The translations under genes and the position numbers were made by a program. Shown piece after piece: positions 11,859 through 24,415 of a stretch of 64,000 nucleotides of DNA. Each line of letters opens with the position of its first letter. Position 1 is the first letter of the stretch. The stretch is from Hydrolagus affinis (Eukaryota): contig JAAILG010001116.1 in NCBI GenBank assembly GCA_012026655.1, forward strand, positions 1 through 64,000, written 5' to 3'. Under the pieces are notes generated by a model, which was given only the letters and a program-made list of their open reading frames with translations, was not told the DNA's origin and did not search any database.

Positions 11859-14391
11859 ATTTCCTTTCTCAGCTGAGCTTTGGGTTTCACTCCTGGCATC
11901 TTTTCCCCAGGTGTTTGAGCTTCTGATAATGGTGCATTGCGTTTGCTATACAGTACAGCCTAACCATATCTTTGATACGTCTCAAAGCGCTTCACAGCAT
12001 ATGCTGTAAAGTGAATTGACTGCATATTTTGTGGGCAAAACATCAACTGATTGTACATGGGAGTGTCCCACAAATAGTAGTGGATTGAGGGACCAAATAT
12101 TATATTTAATTTGCACGTTCTCAATGCCATTGCAGCTTGACCATTCAGAGCCTCGATGTATCATTTTATACTGCTCCATATTTGCTAGTTTCGGACCTTT
12201 CTCTATGCTCCCATGTTTTCTTCCATCGAATGTTATCGCAATGTACTAGCTTAGAATGAGTGGCTGGCTACCCATCGCTCTCCGCAGTCTGGAGCCAAAA
12301 GAGAGCTTCCGTGGCCGCAAAGTGGAATCGCAGAATGTTTACGGCATCGAAGCAGGTAATTTGGCCCATCAGGTCTTTCTCGTCCAGCTCCTTGACTCAG
12401 CAATCTGCTGCAAATCCCATTCTCCACATCCAACAACATTACGTTTCATCAAAGAGATTATCCAGTTCTCTTCTAAACAGCAATAATCCAGCCTTTCGAT
12501 ATACAGTAGTGGCTGAACAAGTCGTTGAGACGTCTCAAAGGACTTCAAAGAATACAGTGTGGAGTGGCTTGACTGCGTATTATACTGCAAAACGTAGCAA
12601 CCAATTACATACAGCGTGTTCCACAAACAGTGGTTGAAGAAATGATCAATTTATTTATTTTCGAGGGATTATTCCCCTCGAGAAGCGATCCGACAATCGA
12701 TTTTAAACCAGGTTCCTACATACTGTTGGGTAAACAGAGGAGTGAGGAGTAAAAAAAACTTGCTGATAGAATATACTACTGTGTATTTTGTGAGCGAAAC
12801 GCGGCAGCCCATTGCGCATAGCTGTGTCCCACAAGCAGTATTTTTGCAATGGGAAAGCCATTCTCCCCCAGGTTCCCTTGTGCAGGAATCTGCCCTCTCT
12901 CCCCATTCTATCTGGTGATGGAGTATCATGTATTTGGTTCACTAGATTGATTTGCTCCATTTCTCTGCTCTGGGAAGTGCAGAGTTTCAGGTCTTCAGTT
13001 CAGCAATGAGCCACGCTGTGAGATAAAACACAGGGGGGGTGGGGGTTTCCGTTATGCTCAGTAATTAATGGAGATGGTGGAAAGGGAATGCTCTGAATAA
13101 GATTTACCAGAGGGACCAGTTTGACTGGCTGGAATCAGCTTCCTAAAGCTTGCCTTTTCTATTCATGCAGATCCTCACAAAATCTTTCTCTCTTCCCTCT
13201 CATTTAACTGGATTCCCTGAGGCGTTCACTATTGTATCTTTGCATATAGGCCCATTAGACTGTGCGTGTAACCCTATATATTGACAACCCTTGGCTCAAT
13301 TACAGAGCTAATGGCTTATTTGTTGGATGAGATTTGATGGTGTCCTTTAGTCATTTAGCTCAACAATTGGGTATTGTCTTGGATCCAGTACCGACTGATT
13401 CTCATGCGTTTCTCAATCTCTTTAGCAGCTATTACAGGATATTAAAAGGCCGGGGAAGCTTCTACGCATTCTCAAATTGGCGGATGGGGAGAAAAAAGGA
13501 AAGGGATATTTTGAGGGAGTGATTGAGTGAGACAATGGAATGAAGGAGTGAGAATAAGAGATGTAAAAAACAGGTCATTCAACATCTCAAACCTGTTCTG
13601 CCATTCTATAAGATCATGTCTGATCTGTACCTCAAGTCCAATTACCCGCCCTTGCCCTTAACTTGATCTAACATGTATCTACCCACCTCAGTCCTATAGG
13701 CAAAGGGAGAGTTGTACAATGCCTTTCACAGGAGGGAGCGAGGCAGTCATTCCTGGCGGTCAAGAGGAAGAAATTTGAAGGGAAAAAATTAAGAGAAACG
13801 TGAAACATCAGAGACCTGGGACACGGAGAAAGAATGAGAGAGAGAGAGAGAGAGATATACCTGGGACTTTTGAGAGGAAACAGCAGGAAACAAAGTCATT
13901 TTCATTTTGGTGGAAGAAAAACAAATGAGAAACTAAATTAATGCAGATCGACTCCTAAGGATTTGAAGATTACTTCGCTGGTTCAGTGTGTACAAACCAC
14001 ACAACTAGGACAAAGAGCCTTTGTGCTATTTTTTTAAAAAAAATCTCAAAGGCAGCCCTGTATTTGCAAGGACTTGTTCAGTACTCTGACATCATGCTCC
14101 TGCCTTGCCTGTAAACCACAGGCTCATCCCCAGGGTATTTGATGGGTCTTTCTTACCTGGTTTTCCCAGATACACATGAGCGAGAACATGCCAAGTGTGA
14201 AAGCAGTTTAATGCGTTCTGAGTAACACAACTAATCCAAGGATCTATTGCAATATTCATACCTTAGTGTTTGCCCTTCACATTGTCGCAGTTTCCCCATT
14301 TCTTTCCTCAGAGCTTCTCAAATCCTTCCTTTTGTTTCTCTTTCTTTTTTCTTTCTGCTTTTTGCGCACGCACTCTCGCTCTCATTCAAAC

Positions 14392-14812
14392 GGGTTCGAT
14401 TCCTGGGCAGGGTGAATCCTTAGGCAAATTCTCTTACTGTTTAACCAGCAGTAAGTAGGAACCCGGTTGTTAGTCGATTGAAGGATCGCTTTCCCAGCGA
14501 TAATAATTCAAGACTGTTTGTGGTACACTGCCTTGTGCAATTAGCTGCCGCATTTCGCCCACAAAATAGGAACACAGGAACAGGAATAGGCCATTCAGTC
14601 CCTCAAGCCTGTTATGCCATTCTATCAGATCATGGTTGATCTGTACCTCACTCCAATTATTCATCTTTGCTCTGTATCCCTTGAAACACCGAGCAAACAA
14701 AAAAAAAATCACATAGTCAATTCACTTTTCAATATATCCAGTGAAGCACTTTGAGACATCACAACGATGTGATGAAGCACGATATCAAATGCCAGGATTA
14801 GTATTATTATTA
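14392..14812 (+). mobile_element. tRNA-derived SINE interrupted by a CR1 tail
   Basis: Starts at the B box gggttcgattcc and resumes after 14700 with atagtcaattcac. Confidence 0.83.
14567..14700 (-). mobile_element. CR1 3' tail inserted in a SINE
   Basis: ggaacaggaataggccattcagtccctcaagcctg…gatctgtacctc, same tail as 16250-16330. Confidence 0.78.
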
Positions 14813-16247
14813 CTACCCTTCCACTTTCTCCTCTCCCTACTGTTCTACTCTCCTCTTGGAGGCTTGTTGTCTCCAAGAAAATGCGTAGAGGAGTGGACAC
14901 CGAAATGAAATTTCCATTTAAATAGATAGGCGATCAATCATCTGAGAAATTAATAGGTCATGTAAAGCCCATGCAAATGACAAAAGTTGTAGGAACTTTG
15001 CAATATCACAACAGAGGGCATGCTGTATGAGGGTTTAGTGGTCAACATTAACTCTCTCACCAAAAGTGAAATGTTTAGTACAGGTTTTGATCCTTTCCAA
15101 ACGCCCAGAGGTTTGTAAACTATTTTTATGAAATCATTTAAACACGGGGGGACGACGATTAATTAATTACATTACACACTCCGGGTGCGATTCATTTAGT
15201 CAGAGTCAGCTATCATAACATCAGTAGATCTGGCACAAAAATTAACAAGGACACGTAAATTGTTTGAGGCAGTTAATTAAGTACAGAGGAATTTTATTTC
15301 TAATTTTACACTGAGCCTGGTGTTTGAATTCATGGTCTTTGTTTGACTTGCAGGTTTTTAAAGGTATTCATTTTCTAATAAAAAAAATTATTGTAATTCA
15401 CAGTAAAATACAAAGTGAACTAAAACATTATGTTTACATTGTAACATTCGCTCACTGGATTAAAGCAAGGGGCCTAGGAGCAATATACATTTTTTATTCC
15501 CTCTGCTGCAGCAGCTACTGATGTTGATATTGTAGATTTCTTCTTAATAATAATCATTGCATTTATTATAGCACTTCACCAAGTCATTGAGACGTCTCAA
15601 AGCGCTTCAACAGAATATATTCCAAATTAGATTCTCTATGTATTTTGTGAGCAATACATTTTGCTCTCCCCTAATTTCCCCAACACCCATTTTATTCCTC
15701 CTTTTCCTGAATGCTCCAGAGAGATCCAGCAGTAGTCATCCAAGTGGCTGTTCTTCATGCACAAAACTAGACATAACATATGAAGACAGGAAATCTCTCC
15801 ATCCGCACAAAATCTGGTCCAATCGTTTCGCCCACAAAATATATACAGTAGTCAATTTACAGTATTAATTGTCATTATTTGAATGATCCGCTCTTTTCTC
15901 CTGAGTAAAAGTTCAAGGAGAAATATTCCCTGAACCCGAAAGACATTCACGAGGGAATTCTAGAAAAAGGAAACTGCAGCATTGGAACAGATTCAGAAAC
16001 AAATGCCAAGATAAGGGTGATTGATATCAACATATTCATTGTTTCTGGAGTTCAATGAACTTCAGTACAAGGAATACTTCTTCATCCATCACCCTTATCA
16101 CGTCACCTGAAGCATCTCAAAGCTTTGCTGCAACAACAACAACTTGCAGTTATATAGCGCCCTTCAAATCCTCCTTAAAACCACTTCACAGACTCTGTTG
16201 TAAAGTGTAGTGACTGCGTAAAGTGTAGTGACTAGTCATATGATAAC

Positions 16248-16560
16248 GTAGAAACACAGGAACAGAAATAGGCTATTCAGCCCTTCGAGCCTGTTCCGTC
16301 ATTTAATTAGATAATGGCTGATGTGTACCTCAAGTAATCCTTTCAATTCCAATTTCCCGCTTTCTCCCTATACTGTATCCCTTAATATCCTGACCTACCA
16401 AAAATCTATAACCTCCCTCTTGAAGGTGCGGATTAATCCAGCATCCACAGCCTTTTGTGAGAGAGAATTCCAGATTTCTACCACCCTGCGAGTGTAAAAG
16501 TGCTTCCTGATTTCACTCTTAAATGGCCTGGTTCTAATTTTAAAACTATGCACCATCCCT
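16248..16560 (-). mobile_element. CR1-clade LINE 3' end
   Basis: HSFKIRTRPFKSEIRKHFYTRRVVEIWNSLSQKAVDAGLIRTFKREV is a typical CR1 ORF2 C-terminus; followed by the 3' UTR gaggtacacatcagcc…gggctgaatagcctatttctgttcct. Confidence 0.85.
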
Positions 16561-16639
16561 GTTTTGGATTCACAACTTAACCCTTTTAGGCCTGGTAACA
16601 TTCTGATCTCCAACACTAAGCCGCTTCCACTTCTGCCGA

Positions 16640-17070
16640 CAGACAGCCCTGCATTAGGTACATCTAACTCACTGTCGCTTGCTCTTGCATTTGCCGACAT
16701 TAATATTCATCTGAAGCTCACAAGCCAATCTGCCAATCGTTTCAGGTCTTTTCAAGATCTTTGTCAACGTCTCTATAGCTTACTGTCATCAGTGCAGATT
16801 TGTAATGACACAATGTTCTCAAAGTCATTTGTTGGGAGGATGTTGGCCTGTAGATTCATCAGGACTGGTGGAGTCAGGCTGGTAATCAGGTGATTCAGCC
16901 TCTCTGCCTGGTTGGAACAAATACTGCTCCCAGACCTTTGCCAATGCCAGTCTTGGTTGCCCGCCAAGAAGGTCCTCAGTATCTGCTGGATGGACCCTCC
17001 CTGTGTGAGCATCTTGTCTCTTTGAGGGATGATGCTTCCCTTGCTGACTTATCACTGAGGATCACTGGAA
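16640..17070 (-). mobile_element. Highly decayed CR1 RT fragment
   Basis: NDFENIVSLQICTDDSKL…KDLKRLADW…QMNINVGKCK resembles INDL…FADDTKL…DLDRL..W…QM.FNV.KCK. The right-hand boundary is uncertain. Confidence 0.6.
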
Positions 17071-17471
17071 CAGTTTGTGAGACAATGCTCCGGTTCTCCC
17101 ACAAAATACACAGCCAGTTCACTTCACAGCATATTCCGCGAAACACTTTGAGACGTCTCAAAGGCAGGATGAGGCCAAAAGCTTCAGGCGCAAAGTACTG
17201 ACGACCAGAAAAACAATATCACAAATACAAGTTGGCATTTCGAAATATAATTCCTATGAATAATATTGATTTTTACCTCAACAAGGCTTTTTTTTAGCAT
17301 AAATAAAGTGAGAGAGATCAATGTTGCGGAAACTTTTACCTATCGGCACCGAGTTAATCAATCTCAGGTTTAGGCAAGCACAACTTAGCCTCAAAGCAAA
17401 ACTCCACTCGTGGAAATACCAACCCTTCACTCCCTGTGGCACCATGCTGAAAATAATAATATTCACAACAA

Positions 17472-17872
17472 GAATCCTCGCATTTGATATCGCACCTTAT
17501 CACGTCGTCGAGACGTCTCAAACTCCTCACAGAATATACTGCAAACAACAACAAAATTAGATTTATGGTGCAAAATCAATTGGATATACATTCTGTCGGC
17601 GAAACACAGCAGCCACTTGCCAATTGCATATGTCTCGAAAACAGTCATCGGTTGGGAGACCGAATTATTAATTTTTTGTCTATTTTTTGAAGGGATTATT
17701 ACTTCTAAAATGTGGTCCGCCAATTGAGTTAATAACTGGGTTCTTACTTACAACTAGGTAAACAGTGGCACGTGGAGAAAGGAAACTTGCCGAAAGTTTC
17801 ACCACACCCGGGATTTGAACCTGAGTCCCCTCACTTGTGAGGCGAGTGCTCTAACCAATACGCTACAGGACT
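17472..17872 (-). mobile_element. tRNA-derived SINE, long form, full length
   Basis: Tail, Deu-like body and tRNA head all present. Confidence 0.87.
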
Positions 17873-18861
17873 TCAAATTTGACCAATCCTTTACCTCTCG
17901 CACACAGCAGAGAGCACACTGAATATTGTACCATACATTGGCACTAAGAACACACTACACTCCTCTGTGTCCTTATGATAGGCAGTCACTGCAAGTTAAT
18001 TTCGCTGTAATACAGATAGCGGTGGGCGGGGGTGGAATCAAATTTGCTTCTTCCCAATTCAAGTGAAACATTGAAAATGACGCAAATGCGCCTACTTTAA
18101 GGATGTTGTTTAACACTGATGCTTTCTAAGACACTGAACACAGCAAGACACCAAGAATTTCCATCCCTGCTCACATCGATTCTAGGTGCAGGCGTGTGAG
18201 AGACATCACATTAAACCTATCAATTGCTGGAGAGCACCTGCAAGCAGTTATTTAGCGAGTTGAGAATTATTTATTGAGTTGTTGCTCACAGACTGAGAGG
18301 CACGTACACAGTAGGGTTCAACTTCACTCTCCTCTCACATCACGTAGGCTCCAAGGAAGACAGATCAGTGGGAAGAGAAAAATATTATGCTTTCTCAACA
18401 TAGTAAACATGCTATTGGAAATTGGCAGGTCAATTGTTGAAGCTATGGAGCCAGAGTGTGGATTTTTCAAGATTCCCTGTGAATAAAATGAGACAATTCC
18501 TACCTGGTGTGTGATAATGTGGTTGACTGGAATGACTAACGTCTGGATGGTTGATGAAGAGAATCGATTACGTTTTTGATCCATTCCAATCGAAACATAT
18601 CAGTGACCCTAACCATGATGTCCTCACCCAATGTGGTGTGTGCAGTAAGTCAGCATGCCACTGTTTCAGAGCTGTTTGTTTCACTCCTGCTTCAGCACAT
18701 GTAAACACACTTCCTTCCCTCCCCACTGCCCTTGAAGATTTAACAATCCCCAATTGATGAAGGTGGAAAGCACCTGCAAGCAATTACTCAGCTCAATTTT
18801 GCTCAAGGGCTGAACAGGGTTCAGCTTCCCTCTGCCACCCACTCCCACCACTCCTTATAGC

Positions 18862-19160
18862 GGAGTCCTGTAGCTCAATGGTTAGAGCACTTTCCTTGTT
18901 AAGCGAGAAAACCCGGGTTCGATTCCTGGGCAGAGCGAACCCTTATAGGCAATGTCACTCCATAATAATCTATGCCTTTGATGTAGCGCTTTTCACATCT
19001 TCTAGACATCCAAAGCGCTTCACAGAATATACTGTAAAGTGAATTGACCGTATATTTGTGGGCAAAATGCAGCAGCCAATGTACGCACAGCAATGTCCCA
19101 AACACAGTCGTGGATTGAGGGACTAAATTATTATTGTTCATTTTCCTTGAGGGATAATTA
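18862..19160. mobile_element. SINE head (+, 18862-18961) abutting a SINE 3' half (-, 18962-19160)
   Basis: ggagtcctgtagctcaatggttagagcac…gggttcgattcctggg directly followed by an inverted tail. Confidence 0.82.
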
Positions 19161-19539
19161 TCAGTGTACAAAAATACACAAGCCAAATTCCTCTGTTACA
19201 ATCGCAGAAGAAACTGTCCTTCCTCCTGAAACATATAATTCTATTTACTTAGCAAGTAAGCAGGTTGTTAGTGAATTGCTGGCTCGTTGCCGGGGGAGGA
19301 GAGGGGAAGGGAGGGGGCGAAGGGATGGTGGGAGTGGTGAGTGGGGGCGGGGGGGAAATAATCCTTTCAAAATCTCTTGTTCATGCAACCTGTCCTCATA
19401 ATTTAACCCTTTAAGTGCTGGTATCATTCAGATGAATCTCCAGGTGGGAGGTGGGTAGGGGTTGGAGGGGTGGAGGGGGTGGGAGGCATCCCTTATGAAA
19501 TCCAGAAGGTGCCGATGCTCTAAGAGTTACAAAAATCTA

Positions 19540-20100
19540 TTTACGTGTACAGCGGCACTGAGTCAAGTGAGATAGAAAGTTGGACTGCCATTGCGAGGGA
19601 CTGTAAACATATGGTATTTGTGGAGCAGTAGAGTGAGGCTGGTGTGGGGAGCGGAATGAGAGATTAGTCCCAGCTTCAGTTGCTGAATAAATCATGCAAA
19701 AACAAGCCACCGTTTGAAAGACAAAATTCACGCATCGTTCTCCCCTCTCGTACGAGTGGAATGAGTGATGAACGCTGCTGCTGGTGAGGCCGAACATGAG
19801 CTGTTCAGGACTTTGCCTCTCGTGGCGAGATTGTGTCAGACTCGCTGTGAGGATATTTATCAAATGTTGTGGGTGAGCGACAGTAGGCTGGTGAATCACT
19901 GGCTAATGTTCGCTCCCTGAGGACACGTGGTTTCCTCTCAGCCAGCTCTCCCTGACAGCTCAGCTCCCCATCCACCGCCCATCCCCACTCCACGCGGCAA
20001 AATAGCCCTTACCTCAACACACCTCCAAACCCACAGGCTGACTCAGCAAACGTACTGTGGGTAGCTCTGAGCACTCGTTTGCTGAATCGAGTAGAGAAAA
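19540..20100 (-). promoter_or_regulatory. Candidate promoter/enhancer or non-coding exon region
   Basis: Repeat-free and CpG-retaining. MARE/AP-1-like GCTGACTCAGCA 20037-20048, GC box 19975-19980, E-box CACGTG 19924-19929, minus-strand donor GAG|GTAAGG at 20013/20012. Confidence 0.35.
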
Positions 20101-20443
20101 ATAAAATGACTCACAGTCTGGAGGTCCTCTGAATTATTACTTCCCGTAATACCAACCACGCTGCCTTTTCATATAGTCTCAAAGTGCTTCGCAGGTTATT
20201 GCTGTCACCTGTGTTAACTGTGTATTGGTAATAATGATAATAATAATCCTTGCATTTGATACAATGGCTTATCGCACCTTCGAGACATCTGAATGTGAAC
20301 TGACCGTATATTTTGTGGGCAAATTAGTGTTGAGGTCAGATGGATCGAAGGGCGTTGTGCTGTCAAACCTCTCTTGTGGTCTTCTATTCATAGCTTTAAG
20401 TCGATTGGTGGATTGTTTTTCCGGGGGTTAATCATCCCTCATA

Positions 20444-20479
<36 letters not shown>
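20444..20479. repeat. (ATCA)n microsatellite
   Basis: Direct observation. Confidence 0.92.
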
Positions 20480-20480
<1 letters not shown>

Positions 20481-20559
20481 GAAATAATAATTTGGTCACT
20501 TGAGCCACCACCGTTTTGTGGGAAATTCCCTGACGTGTTTTACGCCCACACAATATACA

Positions 20560-20900
20560 AGGGCTCCCGCCTGCTCTGTGTGCCCCACCTGACCTGCCCT
20601 ACCATCGGCAGATGGGCTTTCAGCCTCTCTGCCCCCACACTCTGGAACTCCATCCCACAGTCCCTTCACCTCGCTCCCTCCCTCTCCTCCTTCAAGGCCG
20701 GCCTCAAGACCTTCCTTTTCGACCGTGCCTTCTGCTGCCCTCCCAACTCTCTCTCCCTCCCCTCCCAACTCTAGTCTCCCACCTCCCCCTGCCCTGCCCC
20801 TCTCCCTTGCTCAGGTCCCGTCGTGACTGTTCAGCCCCTTGGGACGTCCTCCCGACGTGAAATGCGCTGTATAGATGTAATTTTGGTGTGGTTGTTGTTG
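20560..20900 (+). mobile_element. L2 3' fragment nested in a SINE
   Basis: [40 protein letters not shown] followed by the tail; SINE sequence on both sides. Confidence 0.82.
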
Positions 20901-22237
20901 TAAAAGAAATTTCTTCTAACTTGCCTTATTTGATCTATTTGCAACTTGACAGTATATTCTGTGAAACGCTTTGATTCAGACGTCTCAACAAAGTGATGAG
21001 ACACTACATCACATGTGAGGATTATTGTCTCGTAATGTCTCACCAACACGCCATGGCTGGTTTGGGGGGATATTGCTGTGTCGAATTGACCCAAAGGGAC
21101 TCACTCATTCTCCCCTGACATGATTCATTTGCTGGCAAAGTTACCGCACACTGACATGACGCACATTCTGTTACTGGCCGGATTCAAACATTTACGATCT
21201 ATTGTGGATCCAGTTTGCAGTTACCTCATTGTGTAGCCCCCCCCGCTGTAGTAAGTCTTATTTCGACACGGTCGTAATGCAGAGAGTAGAGAGAGGGCAG
21301 AGAATGCTACAAGCTTCAGAGGAACGAGAGAACGCTGCATCAGTATACAGTCTCCATTGCATCAGCGGAACTTTAAATGTGGACAATGCAGCTTTGCAAG
21401 CAATAATCTAAATGTGAACCCTTGCATGATCTGTAGAAGGTTAGATTAATGCCTTTGTAGTCAAATGCCCTTTAAATGTCATCTGGTATTCGATTAGCTT
21501 TGACAATAAAGCTTCCCATTGATTGGAAACTTTCCTTGAATGATCAATAGTCACGTCCAAACCCTTTTGGTTTTCTCCCTTTGCTAACAGTCCCTGGTTT
21601 GTGTGTATATTTTCTGTTTCCAGTTCATTGAGTTACAGTCAAATTTACTCCCCAGATCGGAACTTTAAGCTCATACTAGGCTGACAGTCATACTCTAGGC
21701 TGACATCCTTCATATGAGATGTTGAACCGAGGTCCGATGGATGTTAAAGATCACAGGGTACCATTGATGAAGAGACAAGATGGTAGTTTCTCTCATGTAA
21801 TAATAATAATCTTTACATTTGATACAGCACCTTATGACACCATTGAGACATCTCAAAGTGCATCACAGAATACAGATTGTAAGGTGTCGTATCACATCAT
21901 TGTGTATTGTGTGGGAGAAACACACACAAAATAAATAAATGAAAGTGCACTGCCTTGATGTAAGTGGATCAATAGTAGATCCAATAGAACTATTCATAAA
22001 AGCAAGGAGTTGCTCTCGATGTGTTGGCCAACGATCCCGAGATAAAAGTGAACATTCCCTTCATGGCTGTTTGTGGGCCATTGCTGTGTACAAACTGACT
22101 GACACATTCACCAACAAACAGCTAATTATGAAATTTATAGTAAATTTTATAGTAATTAAGTACTTTGAGATGTTTTATCATTATTATTATGTTTGACAAC
22201 ACGATAAATTGCTACATGAAATGCAAGAATTGCTATT

Positions 22238-22277
22238 CCTTCCTTCCTTCCTTCCTCCCTCCCTCCCTCCCTCCCTT
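22238..22277. repeat. (CCTT)n/(CCCT)n microsatellite
   Basis: Direct observation. Confidence 0.88.
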
Positions 22278-22619
22278 CATTCAATTGACACACTGAGTAT
22301 TCTTACATTACAGTAAATACTCTCCTCCAAATTACAGATGGATAGTGCAGATAATTGAGAATATTGCCCCTAATGAATGAACTAGAGCAGAATGGCACAG
22401 CTCACTGTGCCTTTGAAGCATTATTTCCATTCATCATTAGTTCAGCTGCTTGTGTAATAAGAAAGCTTCACCCCAGACAGCTAATTTTCCCCTGATTCTA
22501 TGAGGTTCAATATTCTTTAAAAGTTTCTCATTCTACAAAGACTATGAGCAGGGCAAGATGAAGATTTGAGCTAGATGAATTGAGTTAGCCAGAGTCCTGT
22601 AGTTTAATGGTTAGAGCTT

Positions 22620-23005
22620 TGATCATCCAGAACTCTGTAGCTTGTGTCCTCTCCTGCACTAGGCTCTGTAACCCCATCACTCCTACCCTCGCCCGGCTCC
22701 ATTGCTCCCCATCAACCCAGAGGATTGAATTCAAGATCCTCCTCCTCACTTTCAAAGCCATTCACTGCCTTGCCCCTTCCTATCTCTCCGAACTGCTGAC
22801 TCCCTATCAACCTGCCCATCCCCCCCGTTCAGAGGGCTCCAGTCTGCTCCATGTCTCCCGCTTGACCCGCCCTACCATCGGTGGCTGGGCTTTCAGCCTC
22901 TCTGCCCCCCACACTCTGGAACTCCATCCCACAATCTCTTCACCTCGCTTCCTCCCTTGCCTCCTTCAAGGCCGATCTCAAGACCCTCCTTTTCGATCGA
23001 GCCTT
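22620..23005 (+). mobile_element. L2 ORF2 C-terminal fragment between SINE pieces
   Basis: IQNSVACVLS…PITPTLARLH…RIEFKILLLTFKAIHCLAPSYLSELL (ORF 22607..23080). Confidence 0.85.
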
Positions 23006-23929
23006 CGAGTCACTCAATCCTCAACTGTTCGTGGGACACTGCTCTGTGCAATTGGCTGCCACGTTTTGCCCACAAAATAGACAGAAGTTTACCGTATATT
23101 CTGTGAAGTACTTTGAAACGTCACGATGATGTGATAGGGCGTTATATCAGTGCAAGGATTATCATTCGTAACTGATACAAGCAGAGTTCATTGTTCCCAA
23201 GCCGGAGATGGATTTCCTGCTTATGTATACTATCCACCTTTTTATCCCCCCATCAGTCGGATGTCCGCCCCATACGGAAATCCAGGGTGAGTAGGGGGGC
23301 AGGGGATTGCTGGGTAGGAGTAGGGATAAGGATATGGACGGTTTAAAGTGAGGATGAGGATCTTGAATTCGAATTCAATCTGCTGAAGGTTGGGGAAGCC
23401 AGTGGGTCTTGAGTGAGGATAGGTTGGCAGGCTCATAAGTGGAAGAGAGGACAAAGGTTGGAGAGTTCTGGATGGTCTGCAGCTTGTTTGATGAGAAGGT
23501 GCAATATCAAATGCAAAGATAATTCTTACTGTTTAATTAAGCTTCTGACTCACTGTTCCATCCGCACTGTTTGTAGGTGTAAATGAATAAACCTTTCTCC
23601 ACATGTGACAGTTTACATTAAGGAATGAATGAAAGTCATGCTCCTCTGATGACTCAGTGAGTTGATCGAACATCTAACTGAGTCACACAGACTGGGAAGG
23701 TCACAGGTTTGATTTGAGTCAGCTTTCAGCAACGGAAACATCACTGGGTCCGCACAATTGGCCTTGCAATAACAAGTAGTCCTTCCATTTGACCAGGAAG
23801 CCTTTCACATGGGGAGGGACGTCTTAAAGCGCTCCTCAGGATTTACTACAAAGTGCAATGAACAACAACAAGAACAAACAACAACAAATTACATTTGTAT
23901 AGCATAGGGAGGATGTCCCTTTATTTTAT

Positions 23930-24150
23930 AAGCGAACGTCAATTTGCGCAAGGCGATGTCGCCACAATCAGCCAAGAAGTAAATGCTGAATATTATTTGT
24001 GGAGTTTTCAGGCAGGATACTAGGAGAAACTCCCTTCTCTTTTTGAATAGTGCCAGTGGATCTTTAACGTCCAACTAAACAAGCACAGGAGGAATCCTCA
24101 ACTGCAGGATGGCACCTCCAACAATCCAGCACTCGCCTGTGCTGGGCTGG
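23930..24150 (-). mobile_element. Ancient Deu-domain SINE fragment
   Basis: Reverse complement ggacgttaaagatccactggcactattcaaaaagagaagggagtttctcctagtatcctg. Similar remnants near 6690-6890, 21700-21800, 21950-22120, 25060-25290 and 55820-56150. Confidence 0.7.
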
Positions 24151-24229
24151 GCTGGGGTGTCAGGCTATGCAGTAACCTGGGTTATTCAGTACTGACCTGT
24201 ACTGGAGTAGAAAGAATAGGGGAATCAAC

Positions 24230-24415
24230 ATTGGGGGAAGCTGATTCGACAAACACTTTCAAGAGAGAAGTAGATCATTATTTATGGTGGACAAGTTTGC
24301 AGCACTAACGGGGAGAGCGCGGGGGAGTTGGGATTCATTTGGACAGTTCTTTTAAAAGAGCTGGCATAGACATGATGGGCCGAATGGCCCCCTTCTGCGC
24401 TGTATAATGTTATGA
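24230..24415 (+). mobile_element. CR1 3' end
   Basis: actttcaagagagaagtagat…gagctggcatagacatgatgggccgaatggcccccttctgcgctgta. Confidence 0.72.

Noticed and set aside
16200-16233. 16-bp direct repeat (18-bp period) as a target-site duplication
   Set aside because: The copies are adjacent with nothing inserted between them; a simple slippage duplication.
16773-17201. Several overlapping 60-100 aa ORFs as a hidden gene
   Set aside because: Better explained as a decayed CR1 RT remnant followed by a SINE fragment.
18862-18935. tRNA gene
   Set aside because: A and B boxes are present, but it continues into SINE body sequence and has many diverged copies; it is a SINE head.
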